Below, piece after piece: positions 39,959-49,754 of a stretch of 64,000 nucleotides of DNA (position 1 is its first letter; each line of letters begins with the position of its first letter). The notes beneath the pieces were generated by a model that did no database searches, was not told the DNA's origin, and worked only from the letters and a program-made list of their open reading frames with translations. The position numbers and the translations under genes are program-made. The DNA comes from an uncultured Acidobacteriota bacterium (lineage in GTDB: Bacteria; Acidobacteriota; Thermoanaerobaculia; UBA5066; DATFVB01), in NCBI GenBank assembly GCA_963813155.1, contig CAWEYG010000001.1:768001-832000 (forward strand), in the 5' to 3' direction.

Positions 39959-41604
39959 AGCACGTCGCGATCTTTCTCGGTCTCCTGATGGGCGCGACAA
40001 TCTCGCCATCCGTGCGATCGGCGCCCCGCGCGGCTCCGGCAGCGGCCGCGGCGTGTCCCGTCTCCTTCGAAGACGTCGCCGCCCGCGCCGGGATTTCCTT
40101 TCGGCACGAGCGGGGCGCGACGCCGGCTCACCGGCTCGCCGAAACGATCGGGTCGGGCGTGGCCTGGCTCGACTTCGACAACGACGGATGGCTCGACCTC
40201 TTCGTCGTGCAGTCGGGCGCGCTTCCGGACGGAGACACGGGAAAGCTCTTCCGCAACAACGGGAACGGGACGTTTACGGACGTCACCGCGAAATCGGGCA
40301 TCGGCACGAAGCTCTACGGAATGGGAGCGGCCGCCGCCGACTACGACAACGACGGGTTCATCGACCTCTACGTCACCGGGTACGGACGCAACGTCCTGTA
40401 CCACAACAACGGGAACGGGACGTTCACCGACGTCACCGACCGCGCCGGCGCGCGCGGCTCGGCCTGGAGCACGAGCGCGGCCTGGGCGGATTTCGACGGC
40501 GACGGATTTCTCGACCTTGCCGTCGTCCGTTACGTCGACACGACGCCCGAGCCGTCTTTTTTCTGCGGAGACCGCTCCGTCAATCGCCGCGACTATTGCG
40601 ACCCGGAGCTCTACCCGCCGGCCCCGATGCTCCTCCTGCACAACAACGGCGACGGGACGTTTCGGGACATTTCCGAGTCGTCGGGAGTCGCCGCCGCGAA
40701 GGGAAAGTCCCTCGGCGTCGTCGCTTCGGATCTCGACGGCGACGGCCGGCCCGACCTCTACGTCGCGAACGACACGACGATCAACTTCCTGTTCCACAAC
40801 CTCGGATCGAACCGGTTCGAGGACGCTTCCCTCTCGTCGGGCGCGGGGGTGAACCTGAACGGCAAGCCGCAGGGGGGAATGGGAGTCGACGCCGGCGATC
40901 TCGACGGCGACGGCAAGACGGACCTCGTCGTCACGAACTTCGAATCCGAGATCAACTCGAACTTCCGCAATCTCGGCGATCTCGTCTTCGAAGACGTCTC
41001 GGCGACGAGCGGATTCGGGGGGCCCTCGTTCCCGTTTTCCGGGTTCGGGTTGAATCTCGCGGACTTCGGCAACCGCGGCCGCCTCGATGCGTTCATCGCG
41101 AACGGCCACGTGCTCGACAAGCCGAAGCTCCAGGTGGCCACCCGCGCGCAGCGCCCGTTCCTGATGTGGAACGACGGGACCGGGCATTTCCACGAACAGG
41201 GATGCGGCGCTCCGTTCTCCCGCCCGCTCGTGGGCCGCGGTTCGGCCGCCGGTGATTTCGACAACGACGGTTTTCCCGATCTCGCCGTCTCGAACTCCGG
41301 CGGCCCGCTCGAACTGCTGCGCAACGGCGGGAACTCGAACGCGTGGGCGGGCGTCCGCTTGCGCGGGACGCGGTCCAACCGCGAAGGCATCGGGGCTGTC
41401 CTGACTCTGGAGACCGACCGCGGCCGCCAGGTTCGCGAGGTCAAGTCGGGCGGGAGCTACCTCTCCTCGGGAGACCCCCGCGTGGTTTTCGGCCTGGGAG
41501 CCGGCGCGAAGATCCGGAAGCTCGAGATCCGCTGGCCCTCCGGCACGGTGCAGACGGTCGACGGGCTTCCGCTCCGGAAGTACACGCTCGTCACCGAGCC
41601 CTAG
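39955..41604 (+). CDS. CRTAC1 / FG-GAP repeat + ASPIC-UnbV protein
   Basis: Repeated DFDNDG..DL and NNGNGTF; C-terminal SYLS..FGLG..IRWPSG. Confidence 0.92.
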   Translation: MKHVAIFLGLLMGATISPSVRSAPRAAPAAAAACPVSFEDVAARAGISFRHERGATPAHRLAETIGSGVAWLDFDNDGWLDLFVVQSGALPDGDTGKLFRNNGNGTFTDVTAKSGIGTKLYGMGAAAADYDNDGFIDLYVTGYGRNVLYHNNGNGTFTDVTDRAGARGSAWSTSAAWADFDGDGFLDLAVVRYVDTTPEPSFFCGDRSVNRRDYCDPELYPPAPMLLLHNNGDGTFRDISESSGVAAAKGKSLGVVASDLDGDGRPDLYVANDTTINFLFHNLGSNRFEDASLSSGAGVNLNGKPQGGMGVDAGDLDGDGKTDLVVTNFESEINSNFRNLGDLVFEDVSATSGFGGPSFPFSGFGLNLADFGNRGRLDAFIANGHVLDKPKLQVATRAQRPFLMWNDGTGHFHEQGCGAPFSRPLVGRGSAAGDFDNDGFPDLAVSNSGGPLELLRNGGNSNAWAGVRLRGTRSNREGIGAVLTLETDRGRQVREVKSGGSYLSSGDPRVVFGLGAGAKIRKLEIRWPSGTVQTVDGLPLRKYTLVTEP

Positions 41605-41616
41605 CACCCGCGGCGA

Positions 41617-43344
41617 TCATCGCTCCCCTTCGTCTTCCCCGATACTCCGCAGCCTCACCCTCAGCAGGTCCGACGGGCTGACGAACCCAACGAGCCGACG
41701 CGAGGACGCCGATAAGACCACCGGACACCGAGTCAAACCGCGTGTCCCCATCCGGCGAATCAGGTCCGTGACGGGCATGTCCGCGGTCGCGACGATTTCG
41801 GCAGGATGGCAGAGCTCCGACATCCTCTTGTCCAGTTCGCCTTCCCGGGCGGCGGCATCGATCGACCCCGCTTCGACGACGCCGACGAGATCGCCCCGGT
41901 CGTCGACGACCGAGTAGAAGTGATGACGATGCCCGGCGAGAGAGCTTGCGGCGTCGATCACCGACATTTCCTCTTTCACCGAGACGGCCTGCGAAGTCAT
42001 CACGTCCGAGACCTTCAGGCCCGAGAGCGGATCGACTCTTTTCTCGGTCTCGCCGAACCCCTCCTCGAGGAGCTGCTGCTCCACGATGTTGATCCGGGAG
42101 ATCTGCCGCGAGATCGTGATTCCCAGGGCGATCGCCAGCATCAGGGGGAGAATCAAGCCGTAGTCCCCCGTCACCTCGACGACGATGAGGACCGCGGCGA
42201 TGGGGCACCGGAGGATGCCGGCGAAAAACGCGCCCATCCCGACGAGAGCGTAGGAACGCGGCTCGATCGCGAGCGCGGGGAACGCGAGCTTCATCGCATG
42301 CCCCATCGAGGACCCGAGAGCCGCGCCCATGAAAAGAGATGGAGCGAACGTCCCGCCGATCACACCGGACGAGAGAGCCACGACGAACCCGATCGTTTTC
42401 GCCCCGAAGGCGAGCCCGGCCTCGCCGAGGCTGCCGCCGCCGTTGAGCCAGTTCGAGGCCGCCTCGTAGCCGACGCCGAGAATCGAAGGGGAAATCAGCC
42501 CGAGCACGCCGATCAGCGCGCCGGCGAGCCCGCCTCGAACGGCGGCACTGGGAATTCTCGTTTCCGCCTCGCGCTTGAGGCGGGGAATGATCCGCATCGC
42601 CAGGCCGGACGCGACCCCCGCCAGGATTCCCACGAGCGCGAAACCGAAGAGCTCCCGCGCGTCGGCCCAGTTCGCCGCGGGCGCCGCGAGCACCGGGCGG
42701 CCGCCCAGCAGGAAGCGCTCGACGACCGCCGCCGCGACCGCGGCCACGATCGCTCCGCCGAGAACGCCCTTCTCCGCCGTCCCGAGGACCTCCTCCAGAG
42801 CAAAAACGACCCCGGTGATGGGTGCGTTGAAAATCGCGGCGATCCCCGCAGCGGTTCCCACGGGAATCATTCCCCGCACGACCTTGCGCGGCAATCGAAG
42901 CATCCGCGCGAAGCCGGCGGAAATGCCGCTTGCGACGACCACGATGGGGCCTTCGGGACCGAGCGGCGCCCCGGATCCCAGCGAGATCGGCGTGAGGAGA
43001 AATGTCGCCGTCACGCTTCGGCCGTCGAGCAGCCCCGGATCCTGGCCATAGGCGCGCCGAACGCGAGCCAGATTCGCGCCGCCGGCTCCCGGCGCCCAAC
43101 GGCGGATCACGACGGCGATCAGAAAAGCGGTGGCCGCGGGCACGACGACGACGATCGCGGCGCGGAGGACTCCTTGTTGTCGGAGCCCGGGCGCGAGGAT
43201 CGCCGCGCGGACCACGTCGATCATCTTGTGAAACAGGTAGGCGCAGACGCCGCACAGGATTCCGATCGTCACCTGCGTCGCCAGAAGAAAGCGCCGGCTC
43301 GCGGCCCGGATGCGATCGAGCATCGACCGGCGTTCTTCCGTCAC
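41617..43344 (-). CDS. CLC chloride channel/antiporter family protein with CBS domains
   Basis: GPEGP, FNAP..FALEE, GGTFAP, VEVTG; two C-terminal CBS domains. Confidence 0.92.
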   Translation of the reverse strand: MTEERRSMLDRIRAASRRFLLATQVTIGILCGVCAYLFHKMIDVVRAAILAPGLRQQGVLRAAIVVVVPAATAFLIAVVIRRWAPGAGGANLARVRRAYGQDPGLLDGRSVTATFLLTPISLGSGAPLGPEGPIVVVASGISAGFARMLRLPRKVVRGMIPVGTAAGIAAIFNAPITGVVFALEEVLGTAEKGVLGGAIVAAVAAAVVERFLLGGRPVLAAPAANWADARELFGFALVGILAGVASGLAMRIIPRLKREAETRIPSAAVRGGLAGALIGVLGLISPSILGVGYEAASNWLNGGGSLGEAGLAFGAKTIGFVVALSSGVIGGTFAPSLFMGAALGSSMGHAMKLAFPALAIEPRSYALVGMGAFFAGILRCPIAAVLIVVEVTGDYGLILPLMLAIALGITISRQISRINIVEQQLLEEGFGETEKRVDPLSGLKVSDVMTSQAVSVKEEMSVIDAASSLAGHRHHFYSVVDDRGDLVGVVEAGSIDAAAREGELDKRMSELCHPAEIVATADMPVTDLIRRMGTRGLTRCPVVLSASSRRLVGFVSPSDLLRVRLRSIGEDEGER

Positions 43345-43811
43345 GCTTTTTCCGTCAGGGCCGCGGCGAGCTTTCGAAGCACCTTCGCCGTCGCCTGAAT
43401 CTCCCGGCCGGACAGTCCCGAAAGCGCTCGCCGAACCCCGGCCTCCACCGTCCCCTCGCTGTGGCGATCGAGCTCGCGCCCTTTCGGTGTCAACGAAAGG
43501 ACGGCCCGCCGCCGGTCGCCGGCGTCCGGCCGGCTCGCGATCAGCCGGCGTGTCAGGAGCCGCTGGAGGATTCCCGTCAGGGTACTCGGATGGACGCACA
43601 AAACATCCGCGAGCTCGCCGGGAGAAATGTCGGGGAACCGGCCGATGATCCGGACGGCCAGCCGCTGCGGGCCCGTGACCCCGAGCGTTCGCGCCATCCG
43701 TTTGGAGGTCTTCTGAAGAGCGTGGTCCACCGCCCAGACGAGCCGCATGAACTCGACCGGTCCCCCCAGATCTCCTTGCAGTGGCGAGCCTTCCAACTTC
43801 TTCCGAAGCAT
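43341..43811 (-). CDS. MarR family transcriptional regulator
   Basis: GVTGPQ..ELA..STLT..DRR..LTPKG. Confidence 0.9.
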   Translation of the reverse strand: MLRKKLEGSPLQGDLGGPVEFMRLVWAVDHALQKTSKRMARTLGVTGPQRLAVRIIGRFPDISPGELADVLCVHPSTLTGILQRLLTRRLIASRPDAGDRRRAVLSLTPKGRELDRHSEGTVEAGVRRALSGLSGREIQATAKVLRKLAAALTEKA

Positions 43812-43937
43812 TTCCTCTCCCTGTTCATTTGACCACAAACCGAATTGTTTGACGTCAAACGTTCGGATTATAATACAGGCTTTGAAGGAGGGTCGACGGT
43901 GAAAGAGTCAAACGGAAATCGAAAGACACGGGAGCCG

Positions 43938-44483
43938 ATGCATCGCGCACTGTCCGTCCTGGGATGTCTCGGAGCGTTTCTCGTCCTCGTTTCCTCGTGC
44001 AAACATGCCCAACCTCAAACAGCGGCTCACGCCGCCCCGCCGCCGGAGACGGCGAAGCCGGCAATCGCGGCGCAGCCCGCGCCGGCGCCCCCACCCGCCG
44101 CGACCGATGCGGTCATGAGCGAGGATCTGGCGACACTGAATTCCCGGGGATATCTGAAGGACGCATTCTTCGACTACGACAGGGGCGATCTACGGGAGGA
44201 CGCGCGAACCGCCCTTGCCGCAGACTCGCAATGGCTCAAGCGCTATCCCGCGCTCCAGATCCTTGTGGAAGGTCATTGCGACGAGCGAGGCACCGACGAG
44301 TACAACCTGGCACTCGGAGAGAAGCGCGCTTCCGCGGTCGAGGGTTATCTCGCTTCGCTCGGCGTGGACGCGGCACGAGTGAAGACGATTTCCTACGGGA
44401 AGGACCGGCCGTTTTGCACCGACGCCAACCAGACGTGCTGGCAGGACAACCGCAGAGGGCACTTCGTCATAACCGCAAAATAG
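43938..44483 (+). CDS. pal: Peptidoglycan-associated lipoprotein
   Basis: Lipobox VSSC; FFDYD, VEGHCDERGTDEYNLALGEKRA, SYGK, NRR. Confidence 0.9.
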   Translation: MHRALSVLGCLGAFLVLVSSCKHAQPQTAAHAAPPPETAKPAIAAQPAPAPPPAATDAVMSEDLATLNSRGYLKDAFFDYDRGDLREDARTALAADSQWLKRYPALQILVEGHCDERGTDEYNLALGEKRASAVEGYLASLGVDAARVKTISYGKDRPFCTDANQTCWQDNRRGHFVITAK

Positions 44484-44497
44484 AGAGGTGGAATCCC

Positions 44498-45046
44498 ATG
44501 GCGCGTGACACCGTCGTCATTTCCAGCCGCTCCCGAGCACACGGGGAGAATGACGGCGGCCTCACTCGGCGCGGGTGGCTGGTCGCGGCATGGCTCGGGT
44601 TCACGGCAGCCGCCCTGGCGGGCGCGGTGGCCTCGATGCGGTTCATGTTTCCCAACGTTCTTTTCGAACCGCCGACGCGTTTCGACGCCGGCTTTCCGTC
44701 CTCCTACCTCCCGGGACTCGTCGACACGCGCTGGAAGGAAAAATACGGGGTCTGGATCGTGCGGCGGGCGGACGGCGCGTTCTATGCACTTATCGCCATC
44801 TGCAAGCACCTCGGGTGCGTCCCGAACTGGCTACAGGATCAAAAGAAGTTCAAGTGCCCGTGCCACGGCTCCGGCTACTACGTCAACGGGATGAATTTCG
44901 AAGGCCCCGCCCCCTCGCCGCTGGATCGGGCGAAAATCTGGGTCTCAAACGACGGACACCTGATCGTCGACAAGGCGACGACGTATCACATGGTCGGCGG
45001 CGTGGACCCCGGCAAGCAGTACCCGGAATCCGTCCTGACGACGTGA
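44498..45046 (+). CDS. Membrane-anchored Rieske 2Fe-2S protein (bc/b6f type)
   Basis: Tat-like LTRRGWL + TM helix; CKHLGC, CPCHGS, GPAP.PL. Confidence 0.92.
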   Translation: MARDTVVISSRSRAHGENDGGLTRRGWLVAAWLGFTAAALAGAVASMRFMFPNVLFEPPTRFDAGFPSSYLPGLVDTRWKEKYGVWIVRRADGAFYALIAICKHLGCVPNWLQDQKKFKCPCHGSGYYVNGMNFEGPAPSPLDRAKIWVSNDGHLIVDKATTYHMVGGVDPGKQYPESVLTT

Positions 45047-45056
45047 GGCGAACGTC

Positions 45057-46268
45057 CTAGAACGCGACCGGCAGCGCTTCCAGCCCCCGCAGAACGAGAC
45101 TCCGGCGCCAACGCAGGGATTCCGCGGGAACGGCGAGTCGCAGCCCCGGAAGGCGGCGAAGCAGCGTATCGAACGCGATCTGCGCCTCCAGGCGAGCGAG
45201 CGGCGCGCCGAGGCAGTAGTGGATTCCCTGCCCGAACGACAGATGCCGGTTGTTGGAGCGCGCCAGATCGAGCCTGTCCGGCTCGTCGAAGGCCGCTTCG
45301 TCCCGATTCGCCGACCCGATGACGCCGAAGGCGACCTCCCCTTTCGGGATCGTCGCGCCGTGAATCGTCACATCCTCCCGGGCGAAGCGCTCCGTCGCGA
45401 GAAAGACGGGCGCCGTGTACCGCAACAGCTCCTCGACGGCGGACTTCGTGAGCGCGGGGTCGCCTCTCAGCTTCGCCAACTGTTCCGGATTCTGCAGGAG
45501 CGCGAGCGTTCCGCTCGCGATCAGGTTGACGGTCGTTTCGTGTCCCGCGACGAGCAGCAGGAACACCATGGCGAAGAGCTCGTCGCCGCTGAGCCGGTCT
45601 CCGGCTTCCTCCGCCCGCAGAAGCGCGGTCGTCAGATCGTCCCCGGGCTCGGCTCGACGACGCTCGAAGAACCGCTTGAGATAGCTTCGGAACTTCCAGA
45701 CCGCCGGCAGGAAGCGCCAGGACGGGTTCAGCGAATCCGCCGAAACGATGAAACTCGACCAGGCGTGGAACTTTCCCCGGTCTTCGGCGGGAATTCCGAG
45801 AATCTCCGTGATGATGGCCATCGGGAGCGGCAGCGCGAAATCGGCGACGAGGTCCATCGCGCCCCTGCGCCGGGCGTCGTCGATGAGCCCGTCCGCGAGA
45901 TCCTGGGCACGCGTTCGCATCCGCTCGACGAGGCGCGGGGTGAACGCCTGGTGAACGAGCGCTCGCAGCCGCGTGTGATCCGGCGGGTCCAGGTCGAGCA
46001 TGTTCCTCTCGAGCGCCCGAAACATCGGCGGAATCCAGGGTTGTCTCCGGAGCTGCCCGGGCGTCATCGCGTTCGCGCGTCGTTTCGCGAATCGCGGATC
46101 CGTCAGCAGGGAGAAGACGTCGGCGTGCCGCAGGATGAGCGTGACCGGCGTCTTGTCGGGGAGAAACGTTCGAAAGGCCGGCTGTTCGGAGCGCAGCCGG
46201 GCAAGAACCGGAAACGGGTTCGCCTTGAATTCCGGGCTGACGATGTCGATCCCGCCGGCGGCGCGCAT
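45057..46268 (-). CDS. Cytochrome P450 (CYP107-like)
   Basis: DPPDHTRLR, AGHETT, EELLR, FGQGIHYCLG. Confidence 0.96.
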   Translation of the reverse strand: MRAAGGIDIVSPEFKANPFPVLARLRSEQPAFRTFLPDKTPVTLILRHADVFSLLTDPRFAKRRANAMTPGQLRRQPWIPPMFRALERNMLDLDPPDHTRLRALVHQAFTPRLVERMRTRAQDLADGLIDDARRRGAMDLVADFALPLPMAIITEILGIPAEDRGKFHAWSSFIVSADSLNPSWRFLPAVWKFRSYLKRFFERRRAEPGDDLTTALLRAEEAGDRLSGDELFAMVFLLLVAGHETTVNLIASGTLALLQNPEQLAKLRGDPALTKSAVEELLRYTAPVFLATERFAREDVTIHGATIPKGEVAFGVIGSANRDEAAFDEPDRLDLARSNNRHLSFGQGIHYCLGAPLARLEAQIAFDTLLRRLPGLRLAVPAESLRWRRSLVLRGLEALPVAF

Positions 46269-46287
46269 CGCTGCCGGCTTCCCCTCG

Positions 46288-48225
46288 TCATTCCTCCGTG
46301 ATCTTCATCCGCGAGTTCGCCTTGATCCCGGAAGTCACGACCTGGTGCTTGCCCGACGGCCAGTCGATCTCGATCTTCTCGACCGACGCCGCGCTTCCGA
46401 GGCCGAAGTACAGCGGCAGGATGCTCTGCGAGAGGTATCCCGACTTTCCGTCGTTGTACTGCATGTAGGTCTTGCCGCCCGCCGTCACGCGCACCCACGC
46501 GCCGAGGCCGTTGCGGTTCGATTTCCGGCCGACGAGGTCGATCTTGAGGTAGTGGATCTTCCGGCGCTGCGCGAGGTCGCTGATCAGCACCTGCGGATGG
46601 TCGTTGAACTCGTTCGTGACGATGTCGAGATCGCCGTCGCCGTCGAGGTCGAAGATCACGGCCGAACGGCTTCCGAGCGTGCCCGTGAGCATGACCTTCC
46701 CCGTCCGTCCTTCGCAGAGCTGCCGATCGCGGCCGGGTCCCGAGCAGTCGACTTCGAACCAGGGCTTGCGCGTGCGCCCGCCGCGGCGCGGCTCGATCCC
46801 CAGCAGGAACTCCGCGTCGCGGAAGATCTTGCCGTGGTCGTTCAGCAGGAGGGAATTGATGCCGTAGCGGAAAGGGAAGTTCATGCTGGACGTGATGAGG
46901 ATGTCCTGCCAGCCGTCGGCGTTCAGGTCCGCGACGCTCGTGCCCCAGGGCCAGTAGTTCTCGACGCCCATCTTGTCGGAGACCTCCTCGAACTTTCCGT
47001 CCCCGAGGTTGTGGTACAGCGCGTTGCCGAAAATGAATTCGTCGTTCGAGCCGCCGAGCATCTTCTCGTCGAACGTCGACGCGGGCTTCACTTTTTCCTG
47101 GTCGGGAGCGGCCAGCTTCGCCATGTCGGAGTGCATGTCCGTCAGGAAGAGATCCATCTTCCCGTCGTTGTCGTAGTCGAACCACTTGATTCCCATCGCG
47201 CCCCACGGCGTCCGCGGGAAATAGTCCTTCGTCTTGTCCTCGAACGTCTTGCCCTCGTGGTTGATGTAAAAGTGGTTCTTCCCCTGCATGTTCAGCACGT
47301 ACAGGTCCGGATATCCGTCGCCGTTGATGTCGCAGAAGCTCGCGTCGCCGCTGAAGCTGCCGTCGTGGAGGCCGGTTTCCTCCGACACGTCCTTGAAGTG
47401 CGTGCCGTCGATGTTCTTGTAGAGCACGCTGTACTCGGTGCGCTCGGGAAACATGTGGCCGTGGAACGCGTCGGCGTATCCGACGTAGTAGCCGCCCGCT
47501 CCCTTCTCGTCGGTCGTGTACTTGCCGACATTGACGAGGAACAGGTCGGGCAGGCCGTCGTTGTCGTAGTCGAAAAACACCGCTCCCGAGGAATGGCCGA
47601 CGTAGGCGACGCCCGCCTCCTTCGCGATGTCCTTGAAGTGCCCGTGCCCGTCGTTCAGGAAGAGCGCGTTGCCCCCACGCACGGTCGTCACGTAGAGGTC
47701 CGGGTAGCCGTCGTTGTTGACGTCGACGAACGTCGCGCTGACGCCGACCCGGTCCTTGAGCCCGACGCCGGCGGATTCCGTAATGTTCTTGAACTTGCCG
47801 TGGCCCAGGTTCTTCCAGAGCTCGCTTCCGCCGAGCTGGCTGACGAAATAGATGTCTTCCAGCCCGTCGCCGTCGACGTCGGCCGCGACGATCCCGTTGC
47901 CGTGATCGTAGTGGACCGCCTTGTAGAACCTGCCGGAGTCGTCCGTGATGTGCTGCTCGAACGTGATGCCGCTCTCCGGCTGACGATCGACGAACTTGAA
48001 ATTCGTGTCGACATGGAAGTCCTTCCGCGTCTTCTCCTGCGCGGCCTTGCGCGCCGCGAGCGTCTGTTCCCCGATGTCGGGATCGGGCACGTTGATCACG
48101 GGAATCGCCGGTTTCTTCGGTGCGGCCTTCTTCGACGCGGCCGGCTTTTCGGCGGCGCCGACGAGAAAGATCGCGCCGGCGCAGAGAAGCGCGAGAACGG
48201 TGAAACGGGAGCGGAATGTCTTCAT
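46288..48225 (-). CDS. CRTAC1 / FG-GAP + ASPIC-UnbV protein (divergent)
   Basis: FG-GAP repeats; GYLSQS..FGLG..IDWPSG. Confidence 0.92.
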   Translation of the reverse strand: MKTFRSRFTVLALLCAGAIFLVGAAEKPAASKKAAPKKPAIPVINVPDPDIGEQTLAARKAAQEKTRKDFHVDTNFKFVDRQPESGITFEQHITDDSGRFYKAVHYDHGNGIVAADVDGDGLEDIYFVSQLGGSELWKNLGHGKFKNITESAGVGLKDRVGVSATFVDVNNDGYPDLYVTTVRGGNALFLNDGHGHFKDIAKEAGVAYVGHSSGAVFFDYDNDGLPDLFLVNVGKYTTDEKGAGGYYVGYADAFHGHMFPERTEYSVLYKNIDGTHFKDVSEETGLHDGSFSGDASFCDINGDGYPDLYVLNMQGKNHFYINHEGKTFEDKTKDYFPRTPWGAMGIKWFDYDNDGKMDLFLTDMHSDMAKLAAPDQEKVKPASTFDEKMLGGSNDEFIFGNALYHNLGDGKFEEVSDKMGVENYWPWGTSVADLNADGWQDILITSSMNFPFRYGINSLLLNDHGKIFRDAEFLLGIEPRRGGRTRKPWFEVDCSGPGRDRQLCEGRTGKVMLTGTLGSRSAVIFDLDGDGDLDIVTNEFNDHPQVLISDLAQRRKIHYLKIDLVGRKSNRNGLGAWVRVTAGGKTYMQYNDGKSGYLSQSILPLYFGLGSAASVEKIEIDWPSGKHQVVTSGIKANSRMKITEE

Positions 48226-48326
48226 CTGAATCTCCTCTGAACGAGAAGCGACGATATCGCGGGGACCCGATGATCTCAACCCGAAACCGACGCTGCGCGG
48301 GCCCTCCCCGGTGTTAATCTCGCGGC

Positions 48327-49754
48327 GTGGCCAGATTTCGAGTCTCGAGGATCGCGGGCGTCCTGGCAGCGACGATCCTCCTCGCCGCCGCCACACTTAT
48401 TGCGTTACCGCAAAACGCAGGATCCGCCCCGGCGAAGCCGGCCGCCAAACCCGGGGCGGCCGCGGCGCTTCTCGCGGAAGGGGAAGCGGCCCTGGCAACG
48501 AGCGACTGGGCGAAGGCCGAGCGCGCGTTCCGCGCGGCCGTCGCGAAGGCCCCGAAGTCCGCCCGCGCCCACTCGGACCTCGCGATCGTGCTCACACTCT
48601 CCGGAAAAGCCGGCGACGAGGCAGTCTCGGAAGCCGCCGCCGCGGCGAAGCTCGCGCCGACCGAGGTCGCGTATACCGTCCGGTACGGAACGACTCTGGA
48701 GGCGGCGGGGAAACTCGTCGAGGCGCGCCGGGAGTTGCGCAAGGCCCTCGAGGCGCGCCCGCGCGACCGGCAGATCCTGATGCTCCTCGCGGACTGTTCC
48801 GCCCGGCTCCACGACGACGAAACCGTTCCGCTGCTCCAGAAGGTCATCGAAACCTGGCCGGAAAACCGGAAGGCCCGGGTGGACCTCGCGGACTTTCTCT
48901 GGGAACGCGGCGACGACGCGGAGGGCGATCGAGTGATGGAGGAAGCCCTGCGGCTCTCGCCGGCCGACGCGGAGCTCCATCTGCGCTACGGCCGCTCGCT
49001 CCTGCGGCGGCTTCAGTTCCTCCGCGCGATCGACGAGCTCAACCGCGTGCGCGCTCTCGGCGTCGCGGATGCCCCGTTCTTCGTGGCCCTCGGGGGCGCG
49101 TACTGGGAATCGCAGCAGACCGACCAGGCCCGGGAGGCCTTCGCGGCCGCCGTCCAGGTGGACCCGACGTTCTTTCCCGCGCGGCTCGAGCTGGGGCGCC
49201 TGCTGCTCTGGACCGGAAAACCGGCCGAAGCGGCCGCCGCGCTGCGCGAAGCCGTGCGGCTCAAGGAGGCCTCGCCGCCGGCGCAGTGGAACCTCGGCCG
49301 CGCCCTCCAGGCGAGCGGAGACCTCGACGGCGCGGAGAAGGCGTTCCTGCGGGCCGTCGAGCTCGCGCCCCGGTCGTCGCGCTTCCATTACTCTCACGGC
49401 ATCGTGTTGAAGCTCCTGAAGCGCCCGCAGGAGGCCGCGGCCGAATTCGCCGAATTCCAGAAGAGCCAGGACGCCGAACAGGCCGCCCAATTCCAGGCGA
49501 GCTCGAGCCGCGTGGAGATGAACGGCGCGCTGGACGACCTCAAACGCGGCAAGACGGAGGAAGCGCTCGCCCGGTTTCGGGACCTTCCGGAAAGCGTCCC
49601 GTCGCTGGAGGGACAGGCGGAAGCCTTCTCGCGGCTCGGCCGCCACCGCGACGCGATCCGCGTCCTCGAGCGCGCGAGCGTGCTCGCTCCCGACGACAAC
49701 GAGATCCGCGCGCAGCTCGCGCGCGAGTACTCGGAAGACGGGGACAAGCGGTGA
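48327..49754 (+). CDS. Secreted TPR protein
   Basis: Signal peptide and many TPR repeats. Confidence 0.88.
   Translation: MARFRVSRIAGVLAATILLAAATLIALPQNAGSAPAKPAAKPGAAAALLAEGEAALATSDWAKAERAFRAAVAKAPKSARAHSDLAIVLTLSGKAGDEAVSEAAAAAKLAPTEVAYTVRYGTTLEAAGKLVEARRELRKALEARPRDRQILMLLADCSARLHDDETVPLLQKVIETWPENRKARVDLADFLWERGDDAEGDRVMEEALRLSPADAELHLRYGRSLLRRLQFLRAIDELNRVRALGVADAPFFVALGGAYWESQQTDQAREAFAAAVQVDPTFFPARLELGRLLLWTGKPAEAAAALREAVRLKEASPPAQWNLGRALQASGDLDGAEKAFLRAVELAPRSSRFHYSHGIVLKLLKRPQEAAAEFAEFQKSQDAEQAAQFQASSSRVEMNGALDDLKRGKTEEALARFRDLPESVPSLEGQAEAFSRLGRHRDAIRVLERASVLAPDDNEIRAQLAREYSEDGDKR

Noticed and set aside
44498-46268. Rieske protein as the electron donor for the adjacent P450
   Set aside because: The genes are convergent, and the Rieske is a Tat-anchored bc-type protein rather than a cytoplasmic ferredoxin.
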